A DNA stretch of 64,000 nt from Squalus acanthias (lineage: Eukaryota), in NCBI GenBank assembly GCA_030390025.1, contig CM059432.1, positions 117,802,001 through 117,866,000 on the forward strand. Direction: 5' to 3'. Positions 47,240 to 59,844 of the stretch are shown here, piece by piece (position 1 is the first letter of the stretch; every line of letters begins with the position of its first letter). The notes under the pieces are model-generated. The model saw nothing but the letters and a program-made list of their open reading frames with translations, was not told where the DNA came from and ran no database searches. The translations under genes and the position numbers were made by a program.

Positions 47240-48412
47240 AGAAAGAAAAGAAAGACTTGCATTTATATAATGGCCCAAAAATTAGTGAGTGAGCCTTCGT
47301 GCGAGGGTATGGCCTCCCCGCGATCTCTCACTGCGCGCTGGCTTTTTCAGTCCGAGCTCGCACGAACTTGATGTTCTGGACAGCAGCTGTGCTGGGCTTC
47401 CGTATCCCACAGGCGCAGTTAATTCGTGCGAGCTGTGGGATCACGTGACTCAGTTAGAGCCAATGGCAGCACACCATCTTTCATTCATAGCTTTCACATA
47501 AGTGCTGTGAAAGCTATGAATCTATACCCCCCCAAAAGAACAGCTAAACCTCAATTAAATTTAAAAAAAAAACCATCACTTTAATAAAATAAGTATAGTT
47601 AAATAAATTAACCATTTTAAACAAAAAATTAAATTTTTGAAAAAATTTAAAATCTTTTAAAAAGTTATAAAAATAAACTTACCTGTCTTTAAAGTCTCTA
47701 AAAAAGATATACCTGTTAAAAAAAATTCAAAATAATACTTAATTAACTACTTACCTTGTTAAAAGAGGGTCTTACGCCTCCTTTCTTTATGTCTAAAATG
47801 TTCCATGCTTACCTGCGCGTTCAAAGCACTAAGTGCACTGCGTGCGCGCAGCCTGTAGCGCGCACGCGGTTCACTTAGGAACCGCCCCCTTTTGAATTCA
47901 CCAAGTGCCAGTTTTCAGCGCATGCGCAGTGCATGCAGAAAACTGGCAATTGGAGACAGAATACGCGAGAGTACACAGTGCGTACTCTCGCGTAGCGGCA
48001 CTAATTTTTGGGCCAATGCCTTTCACAAACAGCAGACGTCCCAAAGCGCTTTACAGCCAATGAAGTACTTTTTTTTTAAGTGTAGTCACCGTTGTAATGT
48101 AGGAAACGGGGCAGCCAATTTGCGCACAGCAAGGTCACACAAACAGCAATGTGATAATGACCAGATAATCTGTTTTTTAGTGATGTTGATTGAGGGATAA
48201 ATATTGGTCAGGACACCGGGGGTAATGCCCCTGCTCGTCTTTGAAAATGCCATGGGATCTTTTACGTCCACCTGAGAGAGCAGACGGAGCCTCGGTTTAA
48301 CGTCTCATCTGAAAGGCGGCACCTCCGAAAGTGCAGCACTCCCTCAGCACTGCACTGGAGTGTCAGACTGGAATTTTGTGCTCAAGTCTCTGGAGTGGGA
48401 CTTTGAACCCAC

Positions 48413-48443
<31 letters not shown>

Positions 48444-48460
48444 AACTGAGCCACGGCTAA
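47240..48460 (-). mobile_element. tRNA-derived SINE interrupted near its 3' end by a MITE
   Basis: Tail at 47240-47271 and body at 48015-48460 match 4173-4630. Confidence 0.85.
47272..48014. mobile_element. Harbinger-type MITE
   Basis: Perfect 16-bp TIR GGCCCAAAAATTAGTG / CACTAATTTTTGGGCC, 3-bp TSD AAT, AT-rich centre. Confidence 0.85.
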
Positions 48461-49188
48461 AGTGTGAGCATTCACTGAAATACAGGACCTCCAGCTAAGT
48501 GCAATTTGCATTCTTGGGTTAGTCATTGCAGGAAGTGTTATTATAGAGTTGGTGAATGGTTTCATTCACCATGAGTGCATGGGATAAAATGTGTCTTCGG
48601 CAGGGAGGAAAACTAGTGCTAGTGAATCGGCCGCCTGTTATACACCCTGCCCGATTTTCCATTCTACTGAAGTCAGTGTATAATGAGCAGTCTATCCACA
48701 ACTGCCTATTTTTTATTCCTGCCAAAGTTGAATTTTACCCCCAGTGAATCCACAGCAGTTTTAACAGCTGGGTCTCATTTCCATATATTCTGTCGGACTT
48801 CCGCCCCAACCCGGTCAGATCCACTACCTAGCCAGCGGGCGGGAGTGGTTATTCGGACGGCAGGTGGCCATCGCTGGCCACAATCCCCGGCAGTCAGGTA
48901 AGCAGTGGGGAGGCAGGTGGGGCAATCGTGGGAGGCAGGGAGAAACCCAGGGTAAGGGAGGCCCAAGGTTTCGTTGTGGGGCCTGGAGAAGCACTCCTAC
49001 TCCTCCTGGCCCTCAAGGAAAACTAAAAGAAATGAAGAAGCTTACCTTGCTGGGCCCACGATCCAGCTCCTGCTAGGTTTTGTCAGGTGGGGAAGACGTC
49101 ACTGCTCCCCCAATCAGGCCTCGGATTAAAATTGGCGATCTGCTTATTTAAAGCAGGATCCTGCTGCCTTCTTGTGGATGTGCTGCTC

Positions 49189-50804
49189 TGTAAAGTTTCG
49201 CAATTATCGCGATTCAAAATAACGTAAGAGAAGCAGATTCGTTTGATCAGTTTTATTAAACGAAATGCTGCCCTGATATAAAGGACACAGAAGCCTGCAA
49301 AATGGCCGCCGCGCATCGTGGCAGAAGCTTCCAGAAATACAGTAGGCAGACAAGATGGCGTCGAATAAACATTCAATATAAAATTGGATCATACTCAGTA
49401 AACACTGATAAAGACAGGATGCAACCTGTTTGCATTTGGAACAATAGCAAAGATATAAGTCCTGGAATCGTTTTCCATGCACAAGTAAGGATCATTGTAC
49501 TGGGCAATCGAAGGCCCATCCAGACACATCAATACACAAATACCCCCCCGGCTCTACAATGAGAGAGACATTGACGGGTGATTAAGCAAGTATTCGGGGG
49601 CCCCCAAAACCAGTCAGGGAGACGATTCGTACACATCCTGGCTGGGTCAACAATGGGGAAAACATTAACGGATAGTTGGCCAGTTTCAGGTGCTACCGAA
49701 ACCTGTTAAAGAGAAGAATCGCCCCATGCTGGGAGTTTTGAGCGCCAATATTACACAAAGGACAAACATTAAGATTTGAGCAGGAGATAAGGGAACACAG
49801 CACTATAACTATAGTGAACAAATGTCCATCGGTCTCTTATTCTCTTGACTCGCTCGATCGCTGGCTGAAGCTCTTCTTTAGGGCTGGACTTTGTTGACTC
49901 TTGACTCTTAGCCGTACTGGTCGGTTATTCGAATGTTGGGTGGAGCTCAATCGGAACGAGCCGCCCCGACAAAGGCAAGTAGCAGGGTGCACCATCCCGA
50001 GTGTCGGTAAACGGTGTCTGTACCCGGAGGCCCGAAGAGACGAGACGAGACAAGAAGAAAAGGAGAGGAATCCATGTGCCGCCACGGTCAGTAAACCCCG
50101 ACCGCGCCCGAAAATATAAGAAAGAACCTTTCATTGAAGTCTCCCGACAACCAGTGTCGGGCACAGGAAGACTCTTCTTTGAACTGTGTCCGAGTTCTGT
50201 CGAGTTCTTCATGACAACAGGGAGCCTGGCCTGCTTGTCGCAGCAGCGAAAATAAACAAGTGGGGTACAGAGACCCTTCCAAACACGTGACAGTCAGGCG
50301 CTGCAGCGAAACGAGCCGAGTGCCTCATTTTAAAAATCTCCGAAGTAACACGAGTTGTGAGCATGTTTTACGATCCTACAAATCTAGACGTAGTGTAGGT
50401 ATTGTTAAGGGAGGGTGGTTTTATTAATGTTAAAGTATAATGTGTTCCCCTTTTTACGATGTGCCGTGCGTTCTTCATTTCCATAGACCAAGCTTTATGA
50501 ATGTATGTATACTTGTACTCTCGTTAATTTGCGTCTATGACATGTACTTCATGATTTTGGACGCTATGCAATAAAGATTTCCATTTCATACTATTCAACC
50601 GGAACTATTTGAGTTTTCTCTGCATTACTGCTCCCTGCACCTAAGTCCAGTGTTAGAACCGTAAGGGCAAGTGGGTCGGACCACTCACAGGTGCTTATTG
50701 CAAAAAGGCTGGCCGGAGACCAGAGCAAGCAATAGTATTAGGCAACGAAGGCCTAACCTCGCACCAGCACCGTCTCTGAGAGACACGTTTGCCAAACCCT
50801 TACA
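49189..50804 (+). mobile_element. Solo LTR (1616 bp) related to the provirus LTR
   Basis: TGTAA...TTACA termini, 4-bp TSD GCTC, colinear with 22426-24052 but clearly diverged. Confidence 0.93.
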
Positions 50805-51910
50805 GCTCGCCTGCTCAAAAAGACCCGGCAGGAAGGTAGGGGGATTACAGGGGTTAAGTCGCTACCCTTGTTGTAACTGCCCCCCCACCCCCACTTCGCC
50901 CGGTTTCTGCCAGGTGGGAGGGAGTTAAAATTGGGGCCTTAAAATCTAAAGGTGGACTCGCAGTTAATACCTCAATATGACAAACTAACACATTGAATTG
51001 AGCAAATGCTCAAAGCGTGCAAGGATGTATAGATCAAATAGTGCGAAGGAATTGGGAACCTCAGTGTGACACACAACTCTAGGAAAGCCTACAAATTAAA
51101 GACAACCCGAGAGATACGGAGTCTTCCAATATATTGTCTACCTTCACAGACAAGAATGACAAGCAACTTACCATTAGAACAGATATACTCACTGGTTAAC
51201 AAGAACACTGCAGTTAACGGTATAAATATAAGCTGAAGGTGGAAAAATCTGCTGCTCGTGACTTATAAAGACATTCATAGACTGATGGCACTGGACTGGA
51301 TATCTATAACCTGAGAGGAGAGCAACAGTTGCCAAGCACAAACACTGAAACATAAAAGTGAACTCAGAAGGCATGGAGGAGAAACAGCTACTGACATGTG
51401 TAAGGTTTGTTTGATGACAGAGAGCCAAAGGGCATACCTTTCAACTTTGGCGAGGCGTACAACAGCGGCTAGCGAATCGGCCGCCTGTTATAGCCCCGGC
51501 CTGATTTTCCATGGTAAACATGATCCACCCTTGCCCGTTTTACACCCCCGGCGAAGTTGAAATTTCTGACCAACATTCTGAGTTATGTTGTCTGTGAGCT
51601 TTGCATCTAAATAATATAAGTGTATGGATCTCAGGGCCATCAACTTTATCAGTCTTCAGCAGCACCTCCACTGGTGGGAAGATGTAATTGCAATGTGACA
51701 AGTTAACATGGGCAGTTTCCGTTATTAATGTGGATATAGAAATGCATAATGGGCATATAAAAATAAGCAAAGAATTCAAGATTTTACAATGGTGGACTGA
51801 ATTATATCTGCGTTTCCCAGTCTAATCAGCCCCTGGCTTCTAATCTTGCTGTATCTGACAACTACACTTGTCTTGAGTCCCTGTCTGCAACGCTATGGGA
51901 GATGACTATT

Positions 51911-52702
51911 GGCCCGGAATTTGCGGTGGGTAGTAACAGCGAACGAACAGCGTTCGCTGTTATTGCCCCTTTGAAACTGACCGCAACGTCAGGATGTAGC
52001 GCATGCACATCCTAACATGGAAATCCTGAAGTTGCGGTCAGTCATTCACTGCTCCGACACTGGCTGCACTGTGACTCCACCCTCACCACCACCCCCATCG
52101 CCGGCAATCAGTGTAGTCATTGAAATCAGTGAAACTGACGAAAATTTGGGCTTTTCCGCGGTAATATCGCTGTTAAATACCTCATTAAATACCCCCATTA
52201 CCTTGTTGGAATAGGCGTAATGGCTTTTAACAACATATTGACTGCTAAACTAATGTTATGGCTCTGAAAAACTGATTTTAATTTTGTGGAGTGTCAATTT
52301 TTTCCATAATGATGAAAATTAGAATTTTTAAGAAATTCATAAGAATGTTAAATCTTTTTTAAATGTTTATCCATATTTATTCCAGGTTTACCTTTCTCCC
52401 CTATGTGAGAGCCCCAATCTTTGTTTTGCTCTCCATAACATTTTAAAAAGTCAGAATAAAAGGAGCCTCTTCACTTCCTGGTTCTCTGTCTGTGAGAATT
52501 CTACACTGTGATTGGCTGCTTAGACATCTTATTGACATCACAGCAGCTCGTGTTAGGGATTTCCACTAAACTATACTGACCTCAATTGCACATCGAGATA
52601 GGCAAACATCTCGCGACAGAGATCACAAGATTTTTGTGGGAAGCTTTCTTTGGGGCCACTGCCGAACGCCTTTGCTTCGCCGCTGACTGCAAATTATGGG
52701 TC
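51911..52702. mobile_element. Harbinger-type MITE
   Basis: TIRs GGCCCGGAATTTGCGGT and ACTGCAAATTATGGGTC, 3-bp TSD ATT. Confidence 0.7.
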
Positions 52703-53324
52703 ATTATCAATAAAACAGACTAGAAAGTAACCCTGCAAAAGCAGATAGGTTAGACTTATTTCACAATACATATTATGCCTGCCTTTGACATGTTAATATA
52801 TTTTGACATCTTGACATTTGTTGTGCCAAGGTCACACGTGACTCTCGCAACTTAAACCTGATTAAAAGAAAATCTGTATTGTGCAAAAATAATTGTAAAT
52901 CCCCACTTGACATGTCAGAGTGTTGTTTTCACGTTGTTGATGACGTTCACTAGTGAAGGTATCTCTGCAGTGGAGGGAAACCTCTAGATGGCCTTATATT
53001 CATGCATGCAAGCCTGAAAAACAAAACACCTAACAGAATGAGTCGGTAATGTTCCACACATGCTGGGCTGGTGGGTTTATAAACAATATTGTTCCATCCA
53101 TTTATTAATGAACCAGTTCACTAGCCCATTGTGTGTAGTACCTTGATATAAGTGAAAGAAGTCTGGTGATGAAGTAAGGCTGGTGATGACAAAGCAGTTA
53201 CAGTCTGCACCATTTATAACAGGTGCGTTGGTGTTAATGTGAAACGCCCGCTGTAAACGTTGGACTGTAAAACCATCATAGGCCCAGACAAACTGCAAGT
53301 GTTATGTGCCTTTGACCATTCGCT

Positions 53325-54590
53325 CTGCAGCACTGGTGGCTTCGACTGTTCGCCCTCCAGCACTGGCAGCTTGAACTGTTCACCCTCTGGCACTGGCAGC
53401 TTGAACCGTTCACCCTCTGGCACTGGCAGCTTGAACTGTTCACCCTCTGGCACTGGCAGCTTGAACTGTTCACCCTCTGGCACTGGCAGCTTGAACTGTT
53501 CACCCTCTGGCACTGGCAGCTTGAACCGTTCACCCTCTGGCACTGGCAGCTTGAACCATCCACCCTCTGGCACTGGCAGCTTGAACCGTTCACCCTCTGG
53601 CACTGGCAGCTTGAACCGTTCACCCTCTGGCACTGGCAGCTTGAACCATCCACCCTCTGGCACTGGCAGCTTGAACCATCCACCCTCTGGCACTGGCAGC
53701 TTGAACCGTTCACCCTCTGGCACTGGCAGCTTGAACCGTCCACCCTCTGGCACTGGCAGCTTGAACCATCCACCCTCTGGCACTGGCAGCTTGAACTATC
53801 CACCCTCTGGCACTGGCAGCTTGAACCGTTCACCCTCTGGCACTGGCAGCTTGAACCATCCACCCTCTGGCACTGGCAGCTTGAACCATCCACCCTCTGG
53901 CACTGGCAGCTTGAACCGTTCACCCTCTGGCACTGGCAGCTTGAACTGTTCACCCTCTGGCACTGGCAGCTTGAACCATCCACCCTCTGGCACTGGCAGC
54001 TTGAACCATCCACCCTCTGGCACTGGCAGCTTGAACCATCCACCCTCTGGCACTGGCAGCTTGAACCATCCACCCTCTGGCACTGGCAGCTTGAACCATT
54101 CATTCTGCAGCACTGGCGGCTTCGACCGTTCGCACTGCAGCACTGGCGGCTTCAACCGTTCGCACTGCAGCACTGGTGGCTTTGACCATTCGCACTTTGA
54201 CCGTTCGCACTGCAGCACTGGTGGCTTTGACCGTTCGCACTGCAGCACTGGTGGCTTTGACCGTTCGCACTTTGACCATTCGCACTGCAGCACTGGCGGC
54301 TTTGACCGTTCGCACTTTGACCGTTCGCACTGCAGCACTGGCAGCTTTAACCATTCGCACTGCAGCACTGGCGGCTTCGACCGTTCGCACTGCAGCACTG
54401 GCGGCTTCGACTGTTCGCACTGCAGCACTGGCGGCTTCGACCGTTCGCACTGCAGCACTGGCGGCTTCGACCGTTCGCACTGCAGCACTGGCGGCTTCGA
54501 CCGTTCGCGCTGCAGCACTGGCGGCTTCGACCGTTTGCACTGCAGCACTGGCGGCTTCGACCGTTCGCACTGCAGCACTGGCGGCTTCGA
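53325..54590. repeat. Minisatellite with a 30-bp unit in two variant blocks
   Basis: TTGAACCRTYCACCCTCTGGCACTGGCAGC to about 54070, then TTCGACCGTTCGCACTGCAGCACTGGCGGC with occasional 15-bp half units. Confidence 0.97.
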
Positions 54591-55241
54591 TGCAGGTGGG
54601 TCTAAACCGTCAACATGAAAACTAAATTCTGTGACTGATTGCACATAATCAAAAACCAAAATGGATTTCACATGAGGGCAACGCAGCAAATGAAGTACTT
54701 TTAAATATGTAGTAAAAATTTCTACAAAATTAAAGATATGGGGATAGAGTTTCCACTTTGGGTGCAATCGGTGATCTTGCGCTAGATTTCGGAAGTGTTC
54801 TTTTTTCTCGAGTTTCTGCTCAAACTCATTGGCAAATCGTCGAACAGAAAATCAGCCACGAACCAGCGCAATCGGGCAGTGTTTTAAAACGTAACTTTTC
54901 CTTAAAATAAATTTTGCTTTAAAATATATTCCTTGATGTATTTAAGAATGGTAACCAGTTTGATTAATACAGCTGAAAATGGGATTATCACAAAAAATAA
55001 GCATTTTTAATAAGGGTGTCCAGTCCAGCACCTGTGAGTAACCCAAATGACTTCTGAAAAATATACAGAATCATTTGTTAGTTTGATTGGAGTACAGTAG
55101 TCAGTTTCTTAGTAAATTAAAATACAAATTATATTCAAAAGCTTTGAAAATGTAACTATTAGTGTCCTCGCGCCCAAAAGCCCTAGCTTAATTTCTGGGG
55201 GCGTGGCCAGTTTTGTGGGCAGGGCCAGCTTCTAGCACAAT

Positions 55242-56004
55242 GGGCCAAAAATTCGGCACTTGCCGGGTGATTATGCAATGTGTACTCACCCGTAAGGCGT
55301 CCTGAAGTGCCGGTTTCCTGCATGCACTGCGCATGCGCGGGAAACCGGAACTTCCGGTCTGGTGAAGGGAGCGGTTCAGAGGTGAACCGCGTGCGCGGTA
55401 GAGGCTGCGCGCATGCAGCAAACTTAGGTTTTTTTTCAGGTTTCTCCGGGAGGGTAAGTAGTGAAGAACCTGCGCTTTTAAAAAGGAGGCGCAGGACCCG
55501 TTTTCAACAAGGTAAGTGGTTAATTAATTATAATTTAAAATAATTTTCAACAGGTTTATCTTTTTTAGATACTTTAAAGAAAGGTAAGTTTATTTTTAGC
55601 ACTGTTAAAAAGTATTTTAATTTTTTCAAAAATTTAAATTTTTGTTTAAAGTAGTTAATTTATTTAACTATAGTTATTTTCTAAATGTGATGGTTTTTTA
55701 AAATTTATTTTAAGTTTAGCTGTTCTTTTGGGGCCGATTTCAATTCACAGATTTGACAGGTCTTCCTGTCAAATCTATGAATGAAAGATGGTCTGCTGCC
55801 ATTGGCTCTCCATGGCCCACGTGATCCCAGGGGACGCATCGCACTAACTACGCCCCTGGGACACGCAAGCACTGCGCGCCGGCACTTGGAGCAGGCCCAG
55901 GAGCTGAAGTTCCCGTGGGCCCAAAACACAACGGCAGGCGCGGTAGGTAAGTGCGCGTGCGATCCTTACCCCCGCGGCAAGCCGGAGAGGCGAATTTCAG
56001 GGCC
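55242..56004. mobile_element. Harbinger-type MITE related to 47272-48014, nested in a probable older MITE (about 54740-56158)
   Basis: Ends GGGCCAAAAATTC and GAATTTCAGGGCC, 3-bp TSD AAT; outer ends GGATAGAGTTTCC and GGAAACTCTGGATC. Confidence 0.7.
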
Positions 56005-56629
56005 AATGTTTTTTAAACTAGCGCAAAAAAACCGTGGAAACTCGATCTGCACTGGACATAATTTGCACTTGAAATTCCGCAATCTTTTGCACTGTTTTCG
56101 ACGATTTTTGGCAAATTGCGCTGAAAAAACCAGCACAACGGAACGGAAACTCTGGATCTTTATGTCAAGAAATCATATAGGTATGCTGGGTTACTGAAAA
56201 TAAATATAAATCGATGACATCTTTTATTATCACCATAAATTATTGAGTTTTAAAGGATGGGCATTGTTTTAAATTATGATGTATTGACATTTTCTTATAA
56301 TTAAAATGTCCTTTGCTATGTTACAGAGAAAGCCAACTTGCAACATTGCAAATTTTGAAGTGATACCATTGCTATTCCTTCCTGTTAGCTGCTCTGGTTA
56401 CTAATATTGTGGCCAGTTTGTGCTCAGCAACTCAAAATCCGAGAACTCCCTACCTAACGGCTCTGTGGGAGTACCTTCACCACACGGACTGCAGCGGTTC
56501 AAGAAGATGGCTCACCACCACCTTCTCAAGGGCAACTAGGGGTGGGCAATAAATGCTGGTCTTGCCAATAATGCCCATATCTCAAGAACAAATTTAAGAA
56601 AAACTGTGCTTCATAGTTTTCCACACTAT

Positions 56630-57376
56630 GGCCCTTATTTTCCGCGGGCGGAGGCCTGCGATCTGGAAAAATCTGCGCCCTTACCTGAGGGCTCGCGGGA
56701 CGCACACACTTCCGCTCCTGGGCCTCACCAAACTTGAAGTGCGCAGGGCCCACGTATCCCAGAGGCGCAGGTAGTTCGCAGCGTCCCTAGGATCACATGG
56801 GCCATGGGGAGCCAATCACAGAAGGGAATCTCCTTTCATACATTTAACAGGTAGACCTGTCAAATATATGAATGGAGATCAATGCAAAAACATAGTAAAA
56901 CTTTAAATAATTTTTTTTTAATAATCACATTTTTAAAATGACTTGAAATTACAATAAATTAAGTATTTTAAACAAAAATTTAATTTTTTGAAAAAAATAA
57001 TTTAAGTTTTTTACGGGGTTAAAAATAAACTTACCTTTTTTTAAAGTATTTTTAAATGATAAATCAGTGAAAAAAATGGTTTTTTTTAAACTTTTTTCAA
57101 CTCTTATCCTGGTAAAAGCAGGCCTTATGCTTGCTTTTACCAGACGTAAGAATTGTAAGGGTTTTCTGCGGGCGGAGGGTCTCCAAAAAGCGGAACTATC
57201 CGCCCGCAGAGGCCCTTCTCCCGGGCAGCCGGAGGATCTGTCAAGAGCATTCTTGACAGATCGGAAATGCCGGTTTTCAGCGCATGCGCTGTGCATGCTT
57301 GAAACCGGCATTTCCGATGTCCCTACGGGTGAGTACACAGCGCGTCCCCACCCGTAGGGATCGGAATATCTGGGCC
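56630..57376. mobile_element. Harbinger-type MITE of the same family
   Basis: Ends GGCCCTTATTTTCCG and CGGAATATCTGGGCC; same GC-rich arms and AT-rich centre as 47272 and 55242. Confidence 0.65.
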
Positions 57377-57427
57377 ATTACCTAAGATTTTCTTTATGCC
57401 TAACTTCTGCTGTGTCTGTCTAAGGAG

Positions 57428-57620
57428 TGAGAAGTTGCACAACACCAGGTTATAGTCCAACAGCTTTATTTGAAATCACAAGCTTTCGGAGCGCTGCTCC
57501 TTCGTCAGGTGCAGCGCTCCGAAAGCTTGTGATTTCAAATAAAGCTGTTGGACTATAACCTGGTGTTGTGCGACTTCTCACATTTGTCCATCCCAGTCCA
57601 ACACCGGCATCTCCACATCA
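57428..57620. mobile_element. Penelope-like fold-back insertion with hammerhead motif
   Basis: Inverted arms about 57428-57497 and 57511-57580; 11-bp TSD TGTCTAAGGAG (57417-57427 and 57621-57631). Confidence 0.8.
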
Positions 57621-57984
57621 TGTCTAAGGAGCGACACTGTAACGCAGGGAATATTCCTTTCCCAACAGTGTCATTCATGATCCTGAAATGCAAAACAAAA
57701 TTGACAAAGCATGTGGTTAAAAAAATCCCTGGACGGTTTTATGTCACAGCTTCAGAGAAACAGGACAAAAGTAAGTCAGAATGTCATCCTACCTCTATGT
57801 AAATATCCAACAGGGTTTACCTGCAAAAATTATATCCCTTTCTGTATTAACCTTGTGCTTATATTGTTGTTAGGGTTCCTAATAATCCAGAATCAAATGA
57901 TAAACAAATAACAATTAGATTTATTATCGTTGAAAACAATTTTATATTGAATAGCTCTGCTTACAATCTGGCTGGATCACATCG

Positions 57985-59170
57985 AGCGATATTGAGCCTC
58001 GCTCTCTTCTGCTAAAACCACCCACTACTCCAGGATCATCCTAGAGAGCAAAGACCCCTGGCTTCTTTGTTCTATTATCAATTACCTCCTTCAACCCCTC
58101 ACTCCTGCCCCCTCCTCCCTCACTTCCAACAAGTATGAGGAACTCCTGGACTTCTTTGTCATTAAGGTTGAGAGCATCCATTCAGTTAAATCTGTTGCTC
58201 CCACCCTTTGCCTTTCCCAGCAAGCCAAGCCGCCCCAGGTTCCCCCTGCTCTAGTCCTGAACCCACATCTTTCTCTAGTTTCTCTCTTACTTCCCTTCGT
58301 GCCCTGTTCCAGCTAACCTCGTCAATGAGACCCGACTCCTGCTCCCTTGATCCCATCCCCACTAAACTATTAACCACCCAAATTCCCTTCCTGGCTGATA
58401 TAACACCCAGCTTCTCTTCTCCACCACAGACCGTCTTCTCAGACCACCCTCCCCTGCCTCCTCCTCCCTCACCTCCAACAATAAATGCGAGGAGCTCATG
58501 GACTTTTTTTTTAATGAGATCGAGAAAATCCGTTCAGCTACCTTTGCTACTTCCCTCCCTTCCCCATGCCCATCGGGCCTAACTTCCTCTAAGGTTCCCC
58601 CCTGCCCTAACCCTGAATTTGTATCTTTCTCTAGTTTCTTCCTATCTCCCCTCATGTCCCCTCAAAAGCTCATCTTGTCAATGAGACCCACCTCCTGCTC
58701 TCTTGACCCTATTCCCATTAAACCACCTAACTTCCCATCCTGGCTGACATTGTAAATGATTATCTTTCCTCAGGTACTGTCCACCCTCCTTTTTAAAGCT
58801 GCCATCATCATCCCAGTCCTCAGGAACCCACCCTTGACCCCTCTGTCCTTGTAAACTACTGCCCCATCTCCAATATCCCTTTCCTCTCCAAAGTCCTTGA
58901 ATGCGTTGTCACCTCCCAAATATTTCATCTTTCATGCAACTCACTGTTTGAATCCCTTTTATCAGGTTTTCACCCCGGCCACATCACTGAAATTACCCTA
59001 ATAGAAGCCACAAATGACATTCATTGTGACTGTGCCTATGATACATTAATCCCTCCTCATCCTCTCAACCTCTCTGCAGCCTTTGACACGATCGACCACT
59101 CTATCTTCCTCCAATGCCTCAGCTCCATTGTCCAGCGCAGTGGGGCTACCCTTGCTAGGTTCCACTCTTA
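57985..59170 (+). mobile_element. Decayed L2-clade LINE fragments (two overlapping pieces)
   Basis: MRPxSCSLDPIP occurs twice; NYCPISNIPFLSKVLE and LSAAFDTIDH RT motifs. Confidence 0.8.
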
Positions 59171-59844
59171 CTGCCTTTAAATAAAGTTGTTGCATCAGTA
59201 ACAACATTTTATTCATGGTTTTCGGAAGATAAACTTATAAGCACAAGCAATTAATTGTGGCGTAGCTTAAGTTTTCTCTCATTTAGATATCTATTTCTTG
59301 ATGTGCTCCAACCATGCAGAAAATACTTCAGGACTTGATAGTGAGGGATTAGTGAATATATAATGAGAACATTGGGGTCAGTTTTAAACCCCATCAGGTT
59401 TCGGGCATACAGGGGGCAGAGTCAGTTCAAAACACACTTGCTGACCCAAGTTTGAGTTCCAGGGCATTTTAACTCTTAGGCCTCATCCGTATGCTGCTGC
59501 TCAGCTGCCCCCCCGAAACAAGTGGAAAGCGGTAGCCACAGTAAGGTTGGCCACAGTCTCTTGCCAGCACCAAAGGAAGGCCTGCTGCAGCAGGTAAGTC
59601 ACGGGGAGGAGGTTTTGGAAAGTTTTCACTGGGGGAAGGGTGGGAGTCCAGGGCAGGGGAGGTCACGGCTTTCTTTCTTCTGCTCCTCCAGGCTCCACAA
59701 AAGAACGTTATTCACTTACTTTGCTGGGCCTCCTGACATTTACAGACTTGCCTTCGTTTGGTGGGAAACCTGTGATAGCTTCTGCAATCAGGCCGGATTA
59801 AAATGCAATTGGGGTCTCGTTGTCGTAATGGCCCCCACACTATA

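Noticed and set aside
53214..54767. Several 150-450 aa repetitive ORFs on both strands
   Set aside because: Artefacts of a 30-bp tandem repeat; there is no non-repetitive coding context.
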